NCBI GenBank assembly: GCA_951406725.2 | Contig: OX597814.1 | Span: 223,262,001-223,326,000 of the forward strand | Source of the DNA: Octopus vulgaris | Lineage: Eukaryota | Length of the DNA stretch: 64,000 nucleotides | Direction of reading: 5' to 3' | Shown here: piece by piece, positions 28,801 through 42,259 of the stretch | Numbering within the stretch: the first letter of the stretch is position 1 | How the letters are laid out: every line of letters begins with the position of its first letter | The notes under the pieces: generated by a model | Seen by the model: only the letters and a program-made list of their open reading frames with translations | What the model was told of the DNA's origin: nothing | The model's database searches: none | Made by a program: the position numbers and the translations under genes

Positions 28801-31360
28801 TTATATATGCTATGCTATGATGACCCCGACAAGCACTATTTTGTGCATTCCTTGAATTGAAAGAATGTATTTACATTAACTGTTGTTTTCTTCATAAGCA
28901 TAGACACACACACGCATACACACACAAACAAACAAAAAGACTCACACACATGTAAATGAAATATGTACACAAGTGTATATGTACGTACACATCGATAAAT
29001 ATATATGTATCTGTCAGTATGTGTGTGTGTCTGTGTGCATGTGTATGTATGTGTTCCTCTGTGTGTGTGTGAGTGTGTGCATGCGTTAGTTAGTGGTTGC
29101 ATGTATGTGCATATATCTTTTCTTGTATATGTGTGCAAATGCGTAACTGCTCTTGTGGAAGTAAATATTTATAATGAATTAGATGTTCATCAAAGCTGTG
29201 ACATGAAAAGGAAATTTCTAAATAGAATGTTAATTTTTCAAAATCAGATATCCGATAGATTATTGCTTTCGTCTCTACTAAGTACATTGTTATATATTTT
29301 TAATGAAATCAATATGGAGAATTTTAAATTTCCGTCAGAGAATCATCAGAGCAACGGAAGTGAATTAGTTCTAAATGTTTACTGAATTTACATAACTGTC
29401 TTACTTTGTGGGGTTCTGAAACGCTTTCTTAGGTATAAAATCAAATATTCCACTCACCATACCGTTAAAATTACGACGTACAATTAGTTATTCTGATACA
29501 CGTCCCTAATACTAGTCTACTGCTCACAGTATTAAAGACATATTTTCCCTCAATGGCGCAAATTGTAGAAAGGTAGTTTTATATTGAGACTACTTCTCAC
29601 AGGCAAGAGTTTTGCTTCAGGTGTCAAGAGAACGATGTATTCTGCTTTGTACACTGGTACTTAATCTGCCACATGAAATCGAAGTGTTTTGTGAAGAGCA
29701 AAAGCGATGCGGCTGCGATCATTAAATTTTACGATGCGTAGTATCTATATTTAGCTATCTGCCACCATATTTATTTATTCGAGAAGTCAAGATGTATGAA
29801 GGTATTAAGAATTATAAATCATTCTACATATTGTGACGTATTTAATATAAGGAGGCTATAAACACTTACCGTATTTCTAAGTAAAATACGTTTTGTTTTT
29901 CTAATGAATGGATTATAAACATTATTTGATTGAAAGTATAGACCTTAAATCGGTTTTAAAAATATAAAAATAAACAAAACTTAAAATACTTCGAAAGCAT
30001 TCGCAAGATGTTGATCAATGTAAGAAGTTTTCAACTGAGAATTACATTAATATTATTCAACTCTGTTTACAAGATAAATCCAACCCACATCCATAAATAT
30101 TATCGTTTTAAATAATATAGTTAATGGAGAATATTAAAATCAGTGTCTCCTTTCACAAATTTATGTAAAGATTTATAAAGTAGAGCGAAAAGTCATATGT
30201 CGAAATAAAGGAATTATTCATCTCTTGTCAAATGGAGATTACAATTTAAAATTTTCGCCATTAATATAGGTTTGATAAAAAATAATCTTCTTCCAATAAA
30301 TTGTGAGAAGTAACTCTTAAGAGAAGATCGTAGCAGTAATGAAGCGGTGAAAAGAACTGTAAGTTAATAGATAGATTACCAATATATACAATTTTGCAAG
30401 ACAGGAATCTAGGATCAGCTGCCGCTGGTTGCCACAATTTTAATAGAAATTCCAATGAACTTATGAATTGATTCTTTATTCTTCAAGACCCGTTCTAATC
30501 CTGCAAAATGTTAGGAAATATTCCTCGATTGGCTAGATGAAAGCAATAGAGAACAAATATACCCCCATATTAAATAGCTATGAATACCAAACTATTATGA
30601 CCACAAGTCATGATCGCCGAGGAATATATATGCTGCTCTCTGATCAAGGCTCCAATAAAAGCAACGACATCTCTGAGACAAGGCTGACGCCATTTAGTGC
30701 TAGCTGTTTATGAACGAAAGAAACGATGTTAACAACTCAAAACGCAGCTAACAGCGACATTCAAAACGTTATGATTTACATCTGCAAAAATACTCCATAA
30801 AAGAATATTATAACACGAGTCGATAATTAGATTACTACGAATTTGATGTTATCCGCGATAAACAAAGTACAAATTGAAAATCTAACCCCTGCAGCTTTTG
30901 GACAGTACTATCGCACTTAATGATGTACAGTACAGTTGCTATTCACCATCGGTTGGGAATAAGGACGATCGATCATAAGCAGGAAACACAACCAAAATAG
31001 ATTACTTTTTTACTTAAATATTGTCAACAGCTTCAGAAGAACTATTGCCCAACTAGATACTGTCATTAATCACAAATTAAAAAATATATTGACGCAACTC
31101 CAGAGGCGAGTTTTAAAAGGCTATCAACAGAAATCCTCGACCAGAGATACTCACGGATATTATAAGTGATTTGAAACACGAACTACGAGAGTTAAATTCA
31201 ATGCTTCATTATCTTGAGACTTTACTAGAAAGCAGGACTATCAGTCGTAAGTTGGCATTAACCCACAAGCTATGCGTTGCAGTATGACAGGTCGTAACAG
31301 CAAAATCCTAATATTAGCTTCCCAAAGTTGTTCATAGTGATTTGAGAGAGGTATTTGAAA

Positions 31361-31563
31361 TATTCTTTTCTACTCTAGGCACATGGCCTGACATTTTGGG
31401 GGAGGGGACCAGTCAATTAGATCGACCCCAGTATGCAACTGGTATGTAATTTATCGACCCCGAAAAGATGAAAGGCAATGTCGACCTCGGCGGAATTTGA
31501 ACTCAGAACGTAAAGACAGAGCATTTCGCCCGGCGTGCTAACGTTTCTGCCAGCTCGCCGCCT
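31361..31563 (-). mobile_element. SINE family A, tail type 2
   Basis: TTTTCTACTCTAGGCACATGGCCTGA...GACCTCGGCGGAATTTGAACTCAGAACG...CTCGCCGCC. Confidence 0.9.
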
Positions 31564-32649
31564 TAAAGGGATTTGAAATTTTAGAAAAGCACACATGTAC
31601 CAGTGATGCAACTTGGTTAAACGAGCTCCAAGCTGAGTATTGCAAACATCTCTTCTAAAATATATTACCATCTATGAAAGGATACTGATGATTGTTGCGT
31701 GATTACCAAGCGGAATTTATGTAGGACAGATTTAAAAGTTGGGTATCGGTACAGAAAACAGACGTCCTGGAAGTTAGAACCTCGTTAATATGTTAAAAAG
31801 AGTGGTGAATAGTGGACTAAATGTGTCACACTACTAACAATTGTACGTTACGTGTGTTTACTCGTCACTGAAATGCAGAATATATACGTTGACGGAAACT
31901 AGAGCCTCATACTACAACCTGCTTAAATGTTATGTGTTTAGCTGTTTCTCCACTCAAATAATCCTGATGGCAATTACAAAGGAACGTGACGTAATGGTTA
32001 TATGAAAATCGGTTATTGGTACAAAGATTATATCAGAAAAATATGGATATGAATTACATAGTTTGCTTAAATGTATTTGCTAACAATAGCTGCGAAACTA
32101 ACTAGTAGTGGTAAATGGGAAGCTAAGAGCAATGTGGATATCTCTTCATCAACAAAACCTGCCGACATAAACTGAAGCAGAACCGTTGAAATGTGATGAA
32201 TGTATGCCGAGACATTAAAATAGGTGCCTGACCCTATTTATTTGAAGGGTCCCCCGCAGCAATATGTCACCATTTAGTTAAAGACTTCCCAATTTTTGAG
32301 TGTTTTCTCACACTACAGAATTTGAACTCGCATTGCATAGACGCTAGGAATGTACAGCAAAGTAACAGGTCCGACGTTTTAATAAGCTGACTGTCTATTG
32401 GCCTGGACTGCTATTTTATATCGACATCGAAGCGAAGAAAAGCAGACTGATTTATGCATTCAGAGCTCAGAAAGTTCAGGTAGCAGCAATGAATAATGCA
32501 AAACATCCTAATCGGCGATCTAAGCCATCAATCAATTCGAAATCATGAGGCGACTGACGTTGGTTAAAAAGCTAAAAATTCGAAGTCACCCTTACATGTA
32601 CCTTCTGAAAAACGGTAAATATGTATACAACTATATAAGATAAAGGTAG

Positions 32650-32962
<313 letters not shown>

Positions 32963-33190
32963 AATGGAGAGAGAGAGAGAGAGAATTTAATTGGTAGGAA
33001 AGTTACAGAACTATCTCAACATCCAGGACTTTCGTGCATTGCACTTATACAGCTTATGTATCGTATATACATATTAATCATTATCCCATATTAAAATGAT
33101 TTCCTTTGCCTTTGAGTTTGTCGTTTTAAATATTCTGTCGTTACCATACTCAAAATTTGTGAATATTCATTAAAACACACACACAAACAT

Positions 33191-33237
<47 letters not shown>

Positions 33238-33291
33238 AATGTATATATGGATGCGTGTATGAGCGTGTGCGTGTCTATTTATATATGTATG

Positions 33292-33353
<62 letters not shown>

Positions 33354-34369
33354 AGTGCATGTTTATATGTATATAGATGTTATATATCTGCATGTATATA
33401 TATATATGTATATGTATCCCAATGTGTGCATATATATATATATGTATATAAATATATATATATATACACATATATAGATACATACATACACACATCCATA
33501 TACATACATACATAATACGTACATACATGCATGCAGGCATACATACATACATACAGACAGACAGACAGACAGACATACATACATGCATAGAGAAAGGAGA
33601 GAGAGATATCAGTTAACTTTTAACGGATACAATTTTATGGTTTTTGAAGTCAGCCTTCATCAAGAGTATAAAGAACCTCTGTAGTTTTATTATTAATTCA
33701 TAGCTTTCAGTTATGCTGTAATCGTTCATGAAATCAGCTTCTCGGTCTGCAAGTCCAATAAACTTTATAGTGGCTATCTGTAGCAGTATACATGTATGTT
33801 GTGTATATGTCTGTTTGTGTTGTGTCTATATTTGGTATTTGTTGGTTACGTTGCTAGTGATGATCATAAAGATGACAGCAAACTTAAAATCATGACGACC
33901 ACTTATGAAGATGATGTCAATGATGATGATGATGATGTCAATGATGACGACGTTGATGGCGGCTATAATGGCCGAAATGATGTTAAGCGATAATGGCGTC
34001 GGTTTTGGTAGCAAGAACGATAGAGATGGCAGTAATGGTGTTTATTTATGTGTTGCATATCATTTTTGCTGCATGGTTGGATTGTTCAAAGCGCTACGGC
34101 ACTTCGCAGCAATGGCGACGATTAAACACGCTGACGACGGCGACGATGAGGAGTAGGAAGATCATGATGATGTTGGTGAAGGTAGAAGAGTCAGTGGCGG
34201 TAACGGTGATAACGGCAATGTTTTTAGTGGAAGCGGTGATATATGACAGATGTTTTTTCCATAACTTTTTATATTTTTAGTGTTATGCCGTGTTACTGAT
34301 TAATGTTAAGGTGATAGTAGTGCGGTGGTTGACGGCTGCTACGAAATATTCTTTGATTTCTGGCAGGCC

Positions 34370-35040
34370 ATTCATCTTTTGCTTGTTTCTGTCATTAGAT
34401 TGCGGCCATGCTGGGGCACCGATTTGAAGAAATTTTAGTCGAACGAATAGACCGCAGTACTTATTACTTTGTTGTAAAGGTTGACACTTATTCTGCCGTT
34501 GCATTTGGACGACCAGCTAAGTTACGGACATGTAAACAGACCAACGGAAGTTGTCAGTGTTGTGAAGGAGAAACATAGACACAAAGACACACACACACAC
34601 GCACACACACACACTCAAACAAACAAAACAGGCACACACAAACACACATATACGACGAACTTCTTTCAGTTTCCTATTTCTTTATTCCCCACAAGGGGCT
34701 AAACATAGACGGGACAAACAAGGACAGACAAACGGATTAAGTCGATTACATCGATCCCAGTGCGTAACTGGCACTTAATTTATCGACCCCGATAGGATGA
34801 AAGGCAAAGTCGACCTCGCCGGAATTTGAACTCAGAACGTAACGGCAGACGATATACCGATAAGCGTTTTGCCTAGTATGCTAACGTTTCTGCCAGCTTG
34901 CCGCCTTCTTTCAGTTCGTCTTCCGAATACAGTCACAACTCTTTGGTCGGCCCGAGGCTATAGTAGAAAACACTTGCCCGAACTAGCAAACATGTGGTTG
35001 GGAAGCAAACTTTTTATCACATAGCCACACCTGCGCCTAT
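34370..35040 (-). mobile_element. SINE family B interrupted by a family A SINE
   Basis: Family B 3' part 34370-34672 and 5' part 34906-35040 flank the insert. Confidence 0.8.
34673..34905 (-). mobile_element. SINE family A, tail type 1, nested in family B
   Basis: TSD TTCTTTCAGTT at 34661-34671 and 34906-34916. Confidence 0.9.
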
Positions 35041-35899
35041 GTTTAGAAATATAGCAGTAACAGTCGGATTAAAGCAAATTATATCACTATACTACTACGT
35101 GATGCGAGATAGAATACAGCATGGTTTAAATTCTGCAACGTGCAGCTCTCTAGACTCACTCGACATGGTTCTAGCAATAAATGGTAAGAGTTGATGCAAT
35201 ATTTTCTTTTTGATGAAAATAATGTAGTGATCTCGGCGGCGTTGCAGAGAACAAACGATGCTTTTTCTTCTTTTTTTTTTCTTTTGTTGAAGGTGGGGTT
35301 AACGAGATCCTAATAATCGTAATTTAAAATACCATAGATACTTTATGTCTGATATTTTGGGTGTTTCAATTCAAAAAACGTTGTATTCTGTTTCGAAAGA
35401 CAATAGTCAGTGCTAATATTCAAGGTGAAACGTAGCTAATGTAGAAGAGGGAAGCAAAATGGTATCAAGATTTCTGGTCTGGAAAATTATAAGCCTCTAT
35501 GAGCACATTCTTCTGATAAAACAGACTTCATTGTTGATATGTGCAATCCAACTTCGATTATTGTTCAAAGTTACAAGTAATTTTCTGATATCATTTCGCA
35601 GGAAAATATGGCGTTTTTCTTTCCTTTTGTTGTTGACCAAAGGAGATGATTTGAAACAGTTCTACGTTTAGTAGTATGTTCTATATTTTCATTCATTGAA
35701 TAACAGCAGCTTCATCGAAATGGAGTTCTGTTCGGTAGAATGCACTCCCAATGGTGTCTGGAGCTGAGAGTCATTTGCAATCCCCCACACACACACACAA
35801 ATGTATATAATTAGTTTTTCTGCCAAACGACAAAGACGAAAAGAAGAAAGAAGAGTAAGAGAAAAAATGGAAATAAAGAAGCGTAGATATTTATATATG

Positions 35900-35965
<66 letters not shown>

Positions 35966-35998
35966 AAGCGAGAGACAGAGACAGACAGAAAGTCAGAC

Positions 35999-36076
<78 letters not shown>

Positions 36077-36736
36077 GTACGTGTTTGCGTATGTATATGC
36101 TTCTTATGCGCACCTACATAGTATTTTCTATCAAAATTTTCGTCGATCAGAATGGTGTTAGAAGACGCTTATCCAAACCGTGAGAATAAGATCGAACCTG
36201 GGTAACATAAGTGAGAACCAAACATCTCACCTCACTGTCATATTTAGTAATTTTCAGTTACGTTCTCTTCTTTTACGTTCATTCGATGTTTGTATATTTT
36301 GCTATTGTTGAGTTCCAATACTATTTACTACTCTCGGAGTTTCATTAAACAGCAGCAAAACAGTAACGTGTCGCTTCAAAGTCTTGCACGTTGTTTTATT
36401 ACACTTTACACTTTGCAAAGATAAACCCTTATTGTGTGAATTATTGGCGTCAAGAATTTATTGGGGAATTCTTCAGTAGATTCTGATTGATTGCTTAGTA
36501 TTATTTTATAGGTTTCCTTTTTATTTCTGGCTTTCGGTTTACGAGATTTTTTTTTCTTTTTTTCTTATGGGAAGAAACGCAAGGTATCAGCTTGGCGAGA
36601 GTTATGAGATTAATTTTGAATAAGCAGGAATCAGAGAAAATATTTATATGCATACACAGACGCACACATACTCATACATGCTTACTCAAATAGATAGATA
36701 GATAGACAGATAAAGATAGATAGATAGATAGTTAGT

Positions 36737-36804
<68 letters not shown>

Positions 36805-36926
36805 TATATATATATCATATCAAAGGGAAATGGAATTTAATTAAGATTAAAATATTCAATCAAAATTTACATTTCCAGTGGCCTAACGTGCAAAAAAAAT
36901 TTAGTCAAGAAGACTATATATTAGTC

Positions 36927-37311
36927 ATACGATATATTGCATATTTATACACATAAGGAATCCACACTTGGAGTGAAAATTCAACACATTAGAAAGAACA
37001 GCTAGGTTCTGTAAACCACAAAAATAAAGGATAAAATTCGACAGGAATAAATTTGGAAATGAAAAACATTTACCATCTAGTACCCTGGACCAATTGGTTT
37101 CTGATCATGTTTTACCGAGTCAGGGGGAACTCGCAAGGTCTGATCTTCTTCAACAAGGTCCAGCCTAGGGTTAAACATATTCAACAGTAGACAAATACAG
37201 CTACTTGTCTCGTGTTCATATTTTTGTGGTTTACAGAACCTAGCTGTTCTTTCTAATGTGTTGGATTTCACGCTAAGTGGATTCCTTATGTGTATAAATA
37301 TGCACTATATC

Positions 37312-37315
<4 letters not shown>
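36927..37315. repeat. ~100-bp inverted repeat (arms 36927-37026 and 37219-37315) enclosing a hammerhead-like motif
   Basis: Arms share ATACGATATA-TGCATATTTATACACATAAGGAATCCAC...CAACACATTAGAAAGAACAGCTAGGTTCTGTAAACCACAAAAATA in opposite orientation. Confidence 0.9.
37082..37159 (-). ncRNA. Degenerate type I hammerhead ribozyme motif
   Basis: Minus strand: ACCTTG / TTGAAGA / A-GATCA...CGAGT-loop-ACTCG...TGATC-A / GAAA / CCAATTGG (palindromic stem III) / TC / CAGGGT, which pairs with ACCTTG. Confidence 0.6.
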
Positions 37316-37369
<54 letters not shown>

Positions 37370-37385
37370 CGATAGATAGACAGAC

Positions 37386-37453
<68 letters not shown>

Positions 37454-37530
37454 TGATTGATTGATTGATTGAGTGATTGATTGATTGGTTGATTAATATA
37501 TAGATAATCTTTGTATGCATATATTTATGT

Positions 37531-38040
37531 AGTAGCTGATGTGCCCAGTGATGCACGGGAAAGCGGGGCTTATCTCTTGGTTCCGTTCTCATAATTGTTT
37601 CACTAATCCGATAACAACAACACAAAGTATGTAGCCCTTAAAACGGCTTTCGTGCATTTACAGAGAATACCAAACTCTCTCACACAGGATCTTGTTTTAA
37701 GGAATTCCCAATAAGTTATGAATATCCAAATACTAAATTGAATAACATGAAATTAGTTACCCGATAGTATGAATTCAAATAAAGTAGCCCCGAAAAGCGC
37801 TTTAACGCGTTTTCAGAGTATATAGAACATAGGAGAAAAATCTAATAAGGTATGTATACCAAAATCATGAAGCATGTTACGGAATAACAGGCTAATCAGA
37901 TGTAAGATAATAACAATAAGAAGTAATTAAAAGAAAGCACAAACGACAGAGAAATTAAAAGGTGCGGGCGAAAGGTGTTCCACCCTTTTAACTTTCTCTG
38001 TAGTTTGTACTCTGTAAGTTGGACCTATTAATATAAATAT
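37531..38040 (-). mobile_element. Probable non-autonomous Helitron relic
   Basis: Minus-strand 3' end CCCGTGCATCACTGGG hairpin followed by CACATCAGCTAC-T (decayed CTAG-T); internal ~28-bp inverted repeat 37936-37963/37981-38010; 5' end uncertain. Confidence 0.5.
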
Positions 38041-38199
38041 CTATTTATCTATACTTAACAATTCATGATCTGAAAGTCTCCACCTTTTATCTTCTCTCGT
38101 TTTGCATGTATACATATATATATATACATTTGGTATTTCATACCCAAACTATTATATTTAATACGTTTAATGTATCTAATTTGTTTATCCTCATTATTG

Positions 38200-38239
<40 letters not shown>

Positions 38240-38296
38240 ACTCTCTCTCTCTCTCTGTCACTCTCTCACACACACATATATATATGTATGTATATA

Positions 38297-38529
38297 TATT
38301 TCTTTACTACCCACAAGGGGCTAAACACAGAGGGGACAAACAAGGACAGACAAAGGGATTAAGTCGATTACATCGACCCCAGTGCGTAACTGGTACTTTA
38401 ATTTATCGACCCCGATAGGATGAAAGGCAAAGTCGACCTCGGCGGAATTTGAACTCAGAACATAACGACAGACGAAATACCGCTAAGCATTTCGCCCGGC
38501 GCGCTTAACGTTTCTGCCAGCTCGCCGCC
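38297..38529 (-). mobile_element. SINE family A, tail type 1 (young copy)
   Basis: Complete head, B box and GCCTTTCATCCTATCGGGGTCGATAAATT core on the minus strand. Confidence 0.9.
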
Positions 38530-38532
38530 ATG

Positions 38533-38607
<75 letters not shown>

Positions 38608-39074
38608 TGGGGGGTCTGTATGCGTATGTGTGTGTATGCACGGTGAAATCTGAACGGGTGTCATGTTATGTCTTCCAGCAAAACACTCATTTTCAATTTT
38701 CTTCACTCCACTGACTGAAACTAAGTTCCATGTCATAGGATGGCTAATCCTGTAACGGATCTGTGTCGGTTCCAGTGGAAGTCTTCTAGTCTTCCTCGCT
38801 CAAAATCCACAGAACCTGAATTAAATCCGTGTTAAACGGTCGGTTGCTCCCAGGTAGAGATTTATTTGATACGTAATATTTGTTCATGCAGTATAAACAT
38901 GCATGCATAAATATATCAAATATACGCACATATATATACGTGTATCTATGTATGTATGCATGTATGTATATATAGATAAATAAATATGGACGTGTATACA
39001 TACATGTGTGTACCTACGTATTTACTTGCAAGTACATATATACATGTGTGTATATGTATATATATATATATATA

Positions 39075-39303
39075 TATTTCTTTACTACCCACAAGTGGCT
39101 AAACACAGAGGGGACAAACAAGGACAGACAAAGGAATTAAGTCGATTACATCGACCCCAGTGCGTAACTGGTACTTAATTTATCGACCCCGAAATGATGA
39201 AAGGCAAAGTCGACCTCGGCGGAATTTGAAAACGGAACGTAACGACAGACGAAATACGGCTACGCACTTCGTCCGGCGTGCTAACGTTTCTGCCAGCTCG
39301 CCG
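39075..39303 (-). mobile_element. SINE family A, tail type 1
   Basis: Near-identical to 38297-38529. Confidence 0.9.
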
Positions 39304-39316
39304 AAAAAAAAAAAAA

Positions 39317-39363
<47 letters not shown>

Positions 39364-39499
39364 TGTGCGTGTGTGTACGTATATATATATATATATATAT
39401 GAGCATATATTTACATGTATACATGTATTCACATTGAAAGATATATATATATAATATGTATATAAATACACATATATATATTTATATTTATATATATAC

Positions 39500-39548
<49 letters not shown>

Positions 39549-39553
39549 CATCC

Positions 39554-39587
<34 letters not shown>

Positions 39588-39841
39588 GCATGGATGAAAA
39601 GATAGAGAGAGAATTAGGGATATGTTTCAGAGCGATAATAACAGTCTTTATTTTACACGTTCTTGGATCTTTTCACCGCTTTTGCCATATGCATAATGTT
39701 CGCTAATATGGATATTTCCTATCTCTTTGTACTCTCTAGTGATGTTATAACACTCGTGTTACATTCTTGTTGCATCTGCAAAATACATGTGTTTAATATT
39801 ATTTATTTCATGCACACCGCGGTCAGTGTATAAAAGGAATG

Positions 39842-39960
39842 ATACTGGTTTCAAACTTTGGTACAAAGCCAGAAATTTTAAGGGTAGAGGGACTAGTCGA
39901 TTACATCGACACCAGTTTTCACCTAGTACTTATTTTATAGACTCCGAAAGGATGAAAGTC
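39842..39960 (-). mobile_element. SINE family A fragment, truncated at the (TA)n tract that holds the PLE
   Basis: AGTCGATTACATCGAC...TAGTACTTATTTTATAGACTCCGAAAGGATGAAAG. Confidence 0.65.
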
Positions 39961-39968
39961 TATATATG

Positions 39969-39999
<31 letters not shown>

Positions 40000-40039
40000 A
40001 GAAATTTAAAAAAAAGGAAAATACGCACATAATTTTTAA

Positions 40040-40076
40040 TGTATCGACCGGTTTCGCAATCGCTATTCATGATATA
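40040..40076 (-). ncRNA. Minimal type I hammerhead ribozyme, A3-U8 core variant (left PLE arm)
   Basis: Minus strand TATATC ATGAATA GC-GATT-GC GAAA CCGG TC GATACA; stem I TATC/GATA. Confidence 0.75.
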
Positions 40077-40369
40077 ATGTTTAGTTTATATGAATATATA
40101 TTTTTTCTTAAGAAGAAATTTGGTCCATGTTATTTGTAATGAAATTCATGAGTGAATGATTTTACAAGTTGACAAGTAAAGGGAGGTAATTGGTTGTTAT
40201 TATTGTTATTGTTGTGTGTAAAGGAGATAACTGTTCAGGTTTTGGGTGGGGAATAAATACGTGTACAGAAAGGAGACAGGTTTTAAAAAAAGGGGCCCTT
40301 GTTTAGTAGGAGATTTATGTACAGTGATGTAATATGTAAAAATATGAAAGTTAGTTATGTGTGCATATA

Positions 40370-40880
40370 AAGTTTCTTTATTTAAGCGTTCTAGTTGAGA
40401 GATTGTGTCGTTGCACTGGTAGAAAGGGAAAACTGTAAAATTTGGTTTGATGATACCTCCACATTTTTCTATGTGTTCCCTGAGAGGAATTTGTCGGTAT
40501 TGCGGGAAACGGATTTGTTCCTTATGCAGAGTGATTCTCTTTCTCAAATTTAAACTCGTTAGTCCAATGTACTGATGACTGCAACCCGAGCAGGTTATTA
40601 CATTAATTAGGTTCTCAGAGGCACAGGTGAAATTAGTTTTAATTGTGAACCTCTGTCCTTGTTTGAAAAGGAAATCCGAGCCTTCAAGCAGGTTGGAGCA
40701 GGTTCCACAGTTCGGGCGTCCACATTTTTCAACCGTTTGTTTCGTGGTTGTTTTGTAAAGCTTCGCATTTGTTCGTAGTCTCTTTAGCGATTTGTCTTGT
40801 TTTTTGCATTTGATAAGTTTGTGTGTTTTCAGGATGTCGTTCATTTTTGGATCTCCAGTTAGTAAAGGGAGAGTTTGCAC
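40370..40880 (-). pseudogene. PLE Zn-finger linker plus GIY-YIG endonuclease (inverted arm)
   Basis: ORF 40206-40880: CGRPNCGTC...FTCASENLINVITCSGCSHQYIGLT...RITLHKEQI...FPFYQC...RLNKE, then a deletion joining into 3' UTR. Confidence 0.85.
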
Positions 40881-41155
40881 AATAGTGTTGAATGCCTCAC
40901 TGTTTCTGGTGTTGTGTGTTGATATAAAAAGTAATGTTTTGGTTTGAGGTGTGGTACATTGTGAATTGAATGTTACTATTTATGTCATTTAGTGTTGTTT
41001 TGAAATCCAAGAGTTTGTCGATGTTCTCCTTCCAGATGATAAAACAGACATCCAGGTAGCGCTTCCAATTTTCTCTTATGTAGAGGTAAAATGGGTAACC
41101 ATATTTCCGAAGTGATACTTCATATACGATTACCAGCGAGGACATATTAAAAGAA

Positions 41156-41911
41156 TTGAAAGAAATTAACTCAAATTTAGTTATTCTAACTAACAAAATG
41201 GATGGACTAAATTACCATACCCGAGAAGAAACGGAATTGGAACAAAGAAGATTATCTATAGAACAGGTTAGTCAAAATTTGAACAAAGTATGCACGACAC
41301 TGCATTCATTTTTGACAAATAATTTTCAAAAAGAATCATCAGCAAATTTAATTAAAATTCGAATTAACCATATTTGGTCTAAAAATCTCAACACAAGGAA
41401 ATTTTCTTTTTGGAACATGATAAAAAATAACAATAAAGCAGAAATTTACGAAAAATGGAGTAACTCAACACCGTTAATCCTACCACGCAAATTTCAAATT
41501 AAACCAATCCCAGAAGAACCAGAACAGCAAAGAAAACTTAGGGAGAAATTAGCATTAGAAAAATTAAAAATAGAAATTGAGTTACTCAAACTCAGAGCTT
41601 CGAGTAACGACCAAAGATACAAAAAGATCGATGAGGAAATGCACTCCGAACTCACCAAACATGCTGAGGGACAACTTTTCGAAAGTGTTTTAAAATTATG
41701 GAAAGACGGCCGTGAGACGGAAGAAATAAACTCCCTGCAATTGTGGGAAAACAGTATTAACTTCTTCCTCAATTATGAAGCTCAATTCAAAAGAGACCAC
41801 ACTTCAGATAACCCCTTCATAAAACAATCTAGAACAAAGGAATCTACACAAATAAATACACGTCCACCTAAGATCAAACAATCAAAATCCAAAAGAACAG
41901 AAACACAGTAA
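41156..41911 (+). pseudogene. PLE upstream ORF1 (charged, coiled-coil-like, unknown function), 5'-truncated at the inversion junction; probably continued through frameshifts to stop 42357-42359
   Basis: 251-aa uninterrupted non-repetitive ORF (EEPEQQRKLREKLALEKLKIEIELLKLR) directly upstream of the RT on the same strand, followed by R/N/Q/P-rich coding-like sequence. Confidence 0.65.
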
Positions 41912-42259
41912 AGTAACCCAACGCCTAGAAGTAAACCATTCTCTGTCTAATAACAGGAACTATCCATTCTATTAGAAACAGAAGAAGAAACCAGCCGAGA
42001 GTAAGGAGTGGTAATTGTTTCTACCCAGCATCTAGAAATATACAAGGGACCCCCTTTAACCCTCAACGAAGAAACAACATTATTAAACACCCCAAGAATT
42101 CACTCCAACGAAGAAATCCTAACCACGTGCCCCCAACCAGTTTACCCAGGCAACAACACCAACCCCCCAGCTACCCGAATATTATAAGTACTAATAATAC
42201 TGATTTAATTACAATAATAACACAAATAATAATTGCTACCAACCGAACTACAATCAACA

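Noticed and set aside
41494-41772. Antisense ORFs over PLE ORF1 and the Chapaev transposase (also 49221-49583, 49538-49846)
   Set aside because: Shadow frames of real coding sequence on the opposite strand.
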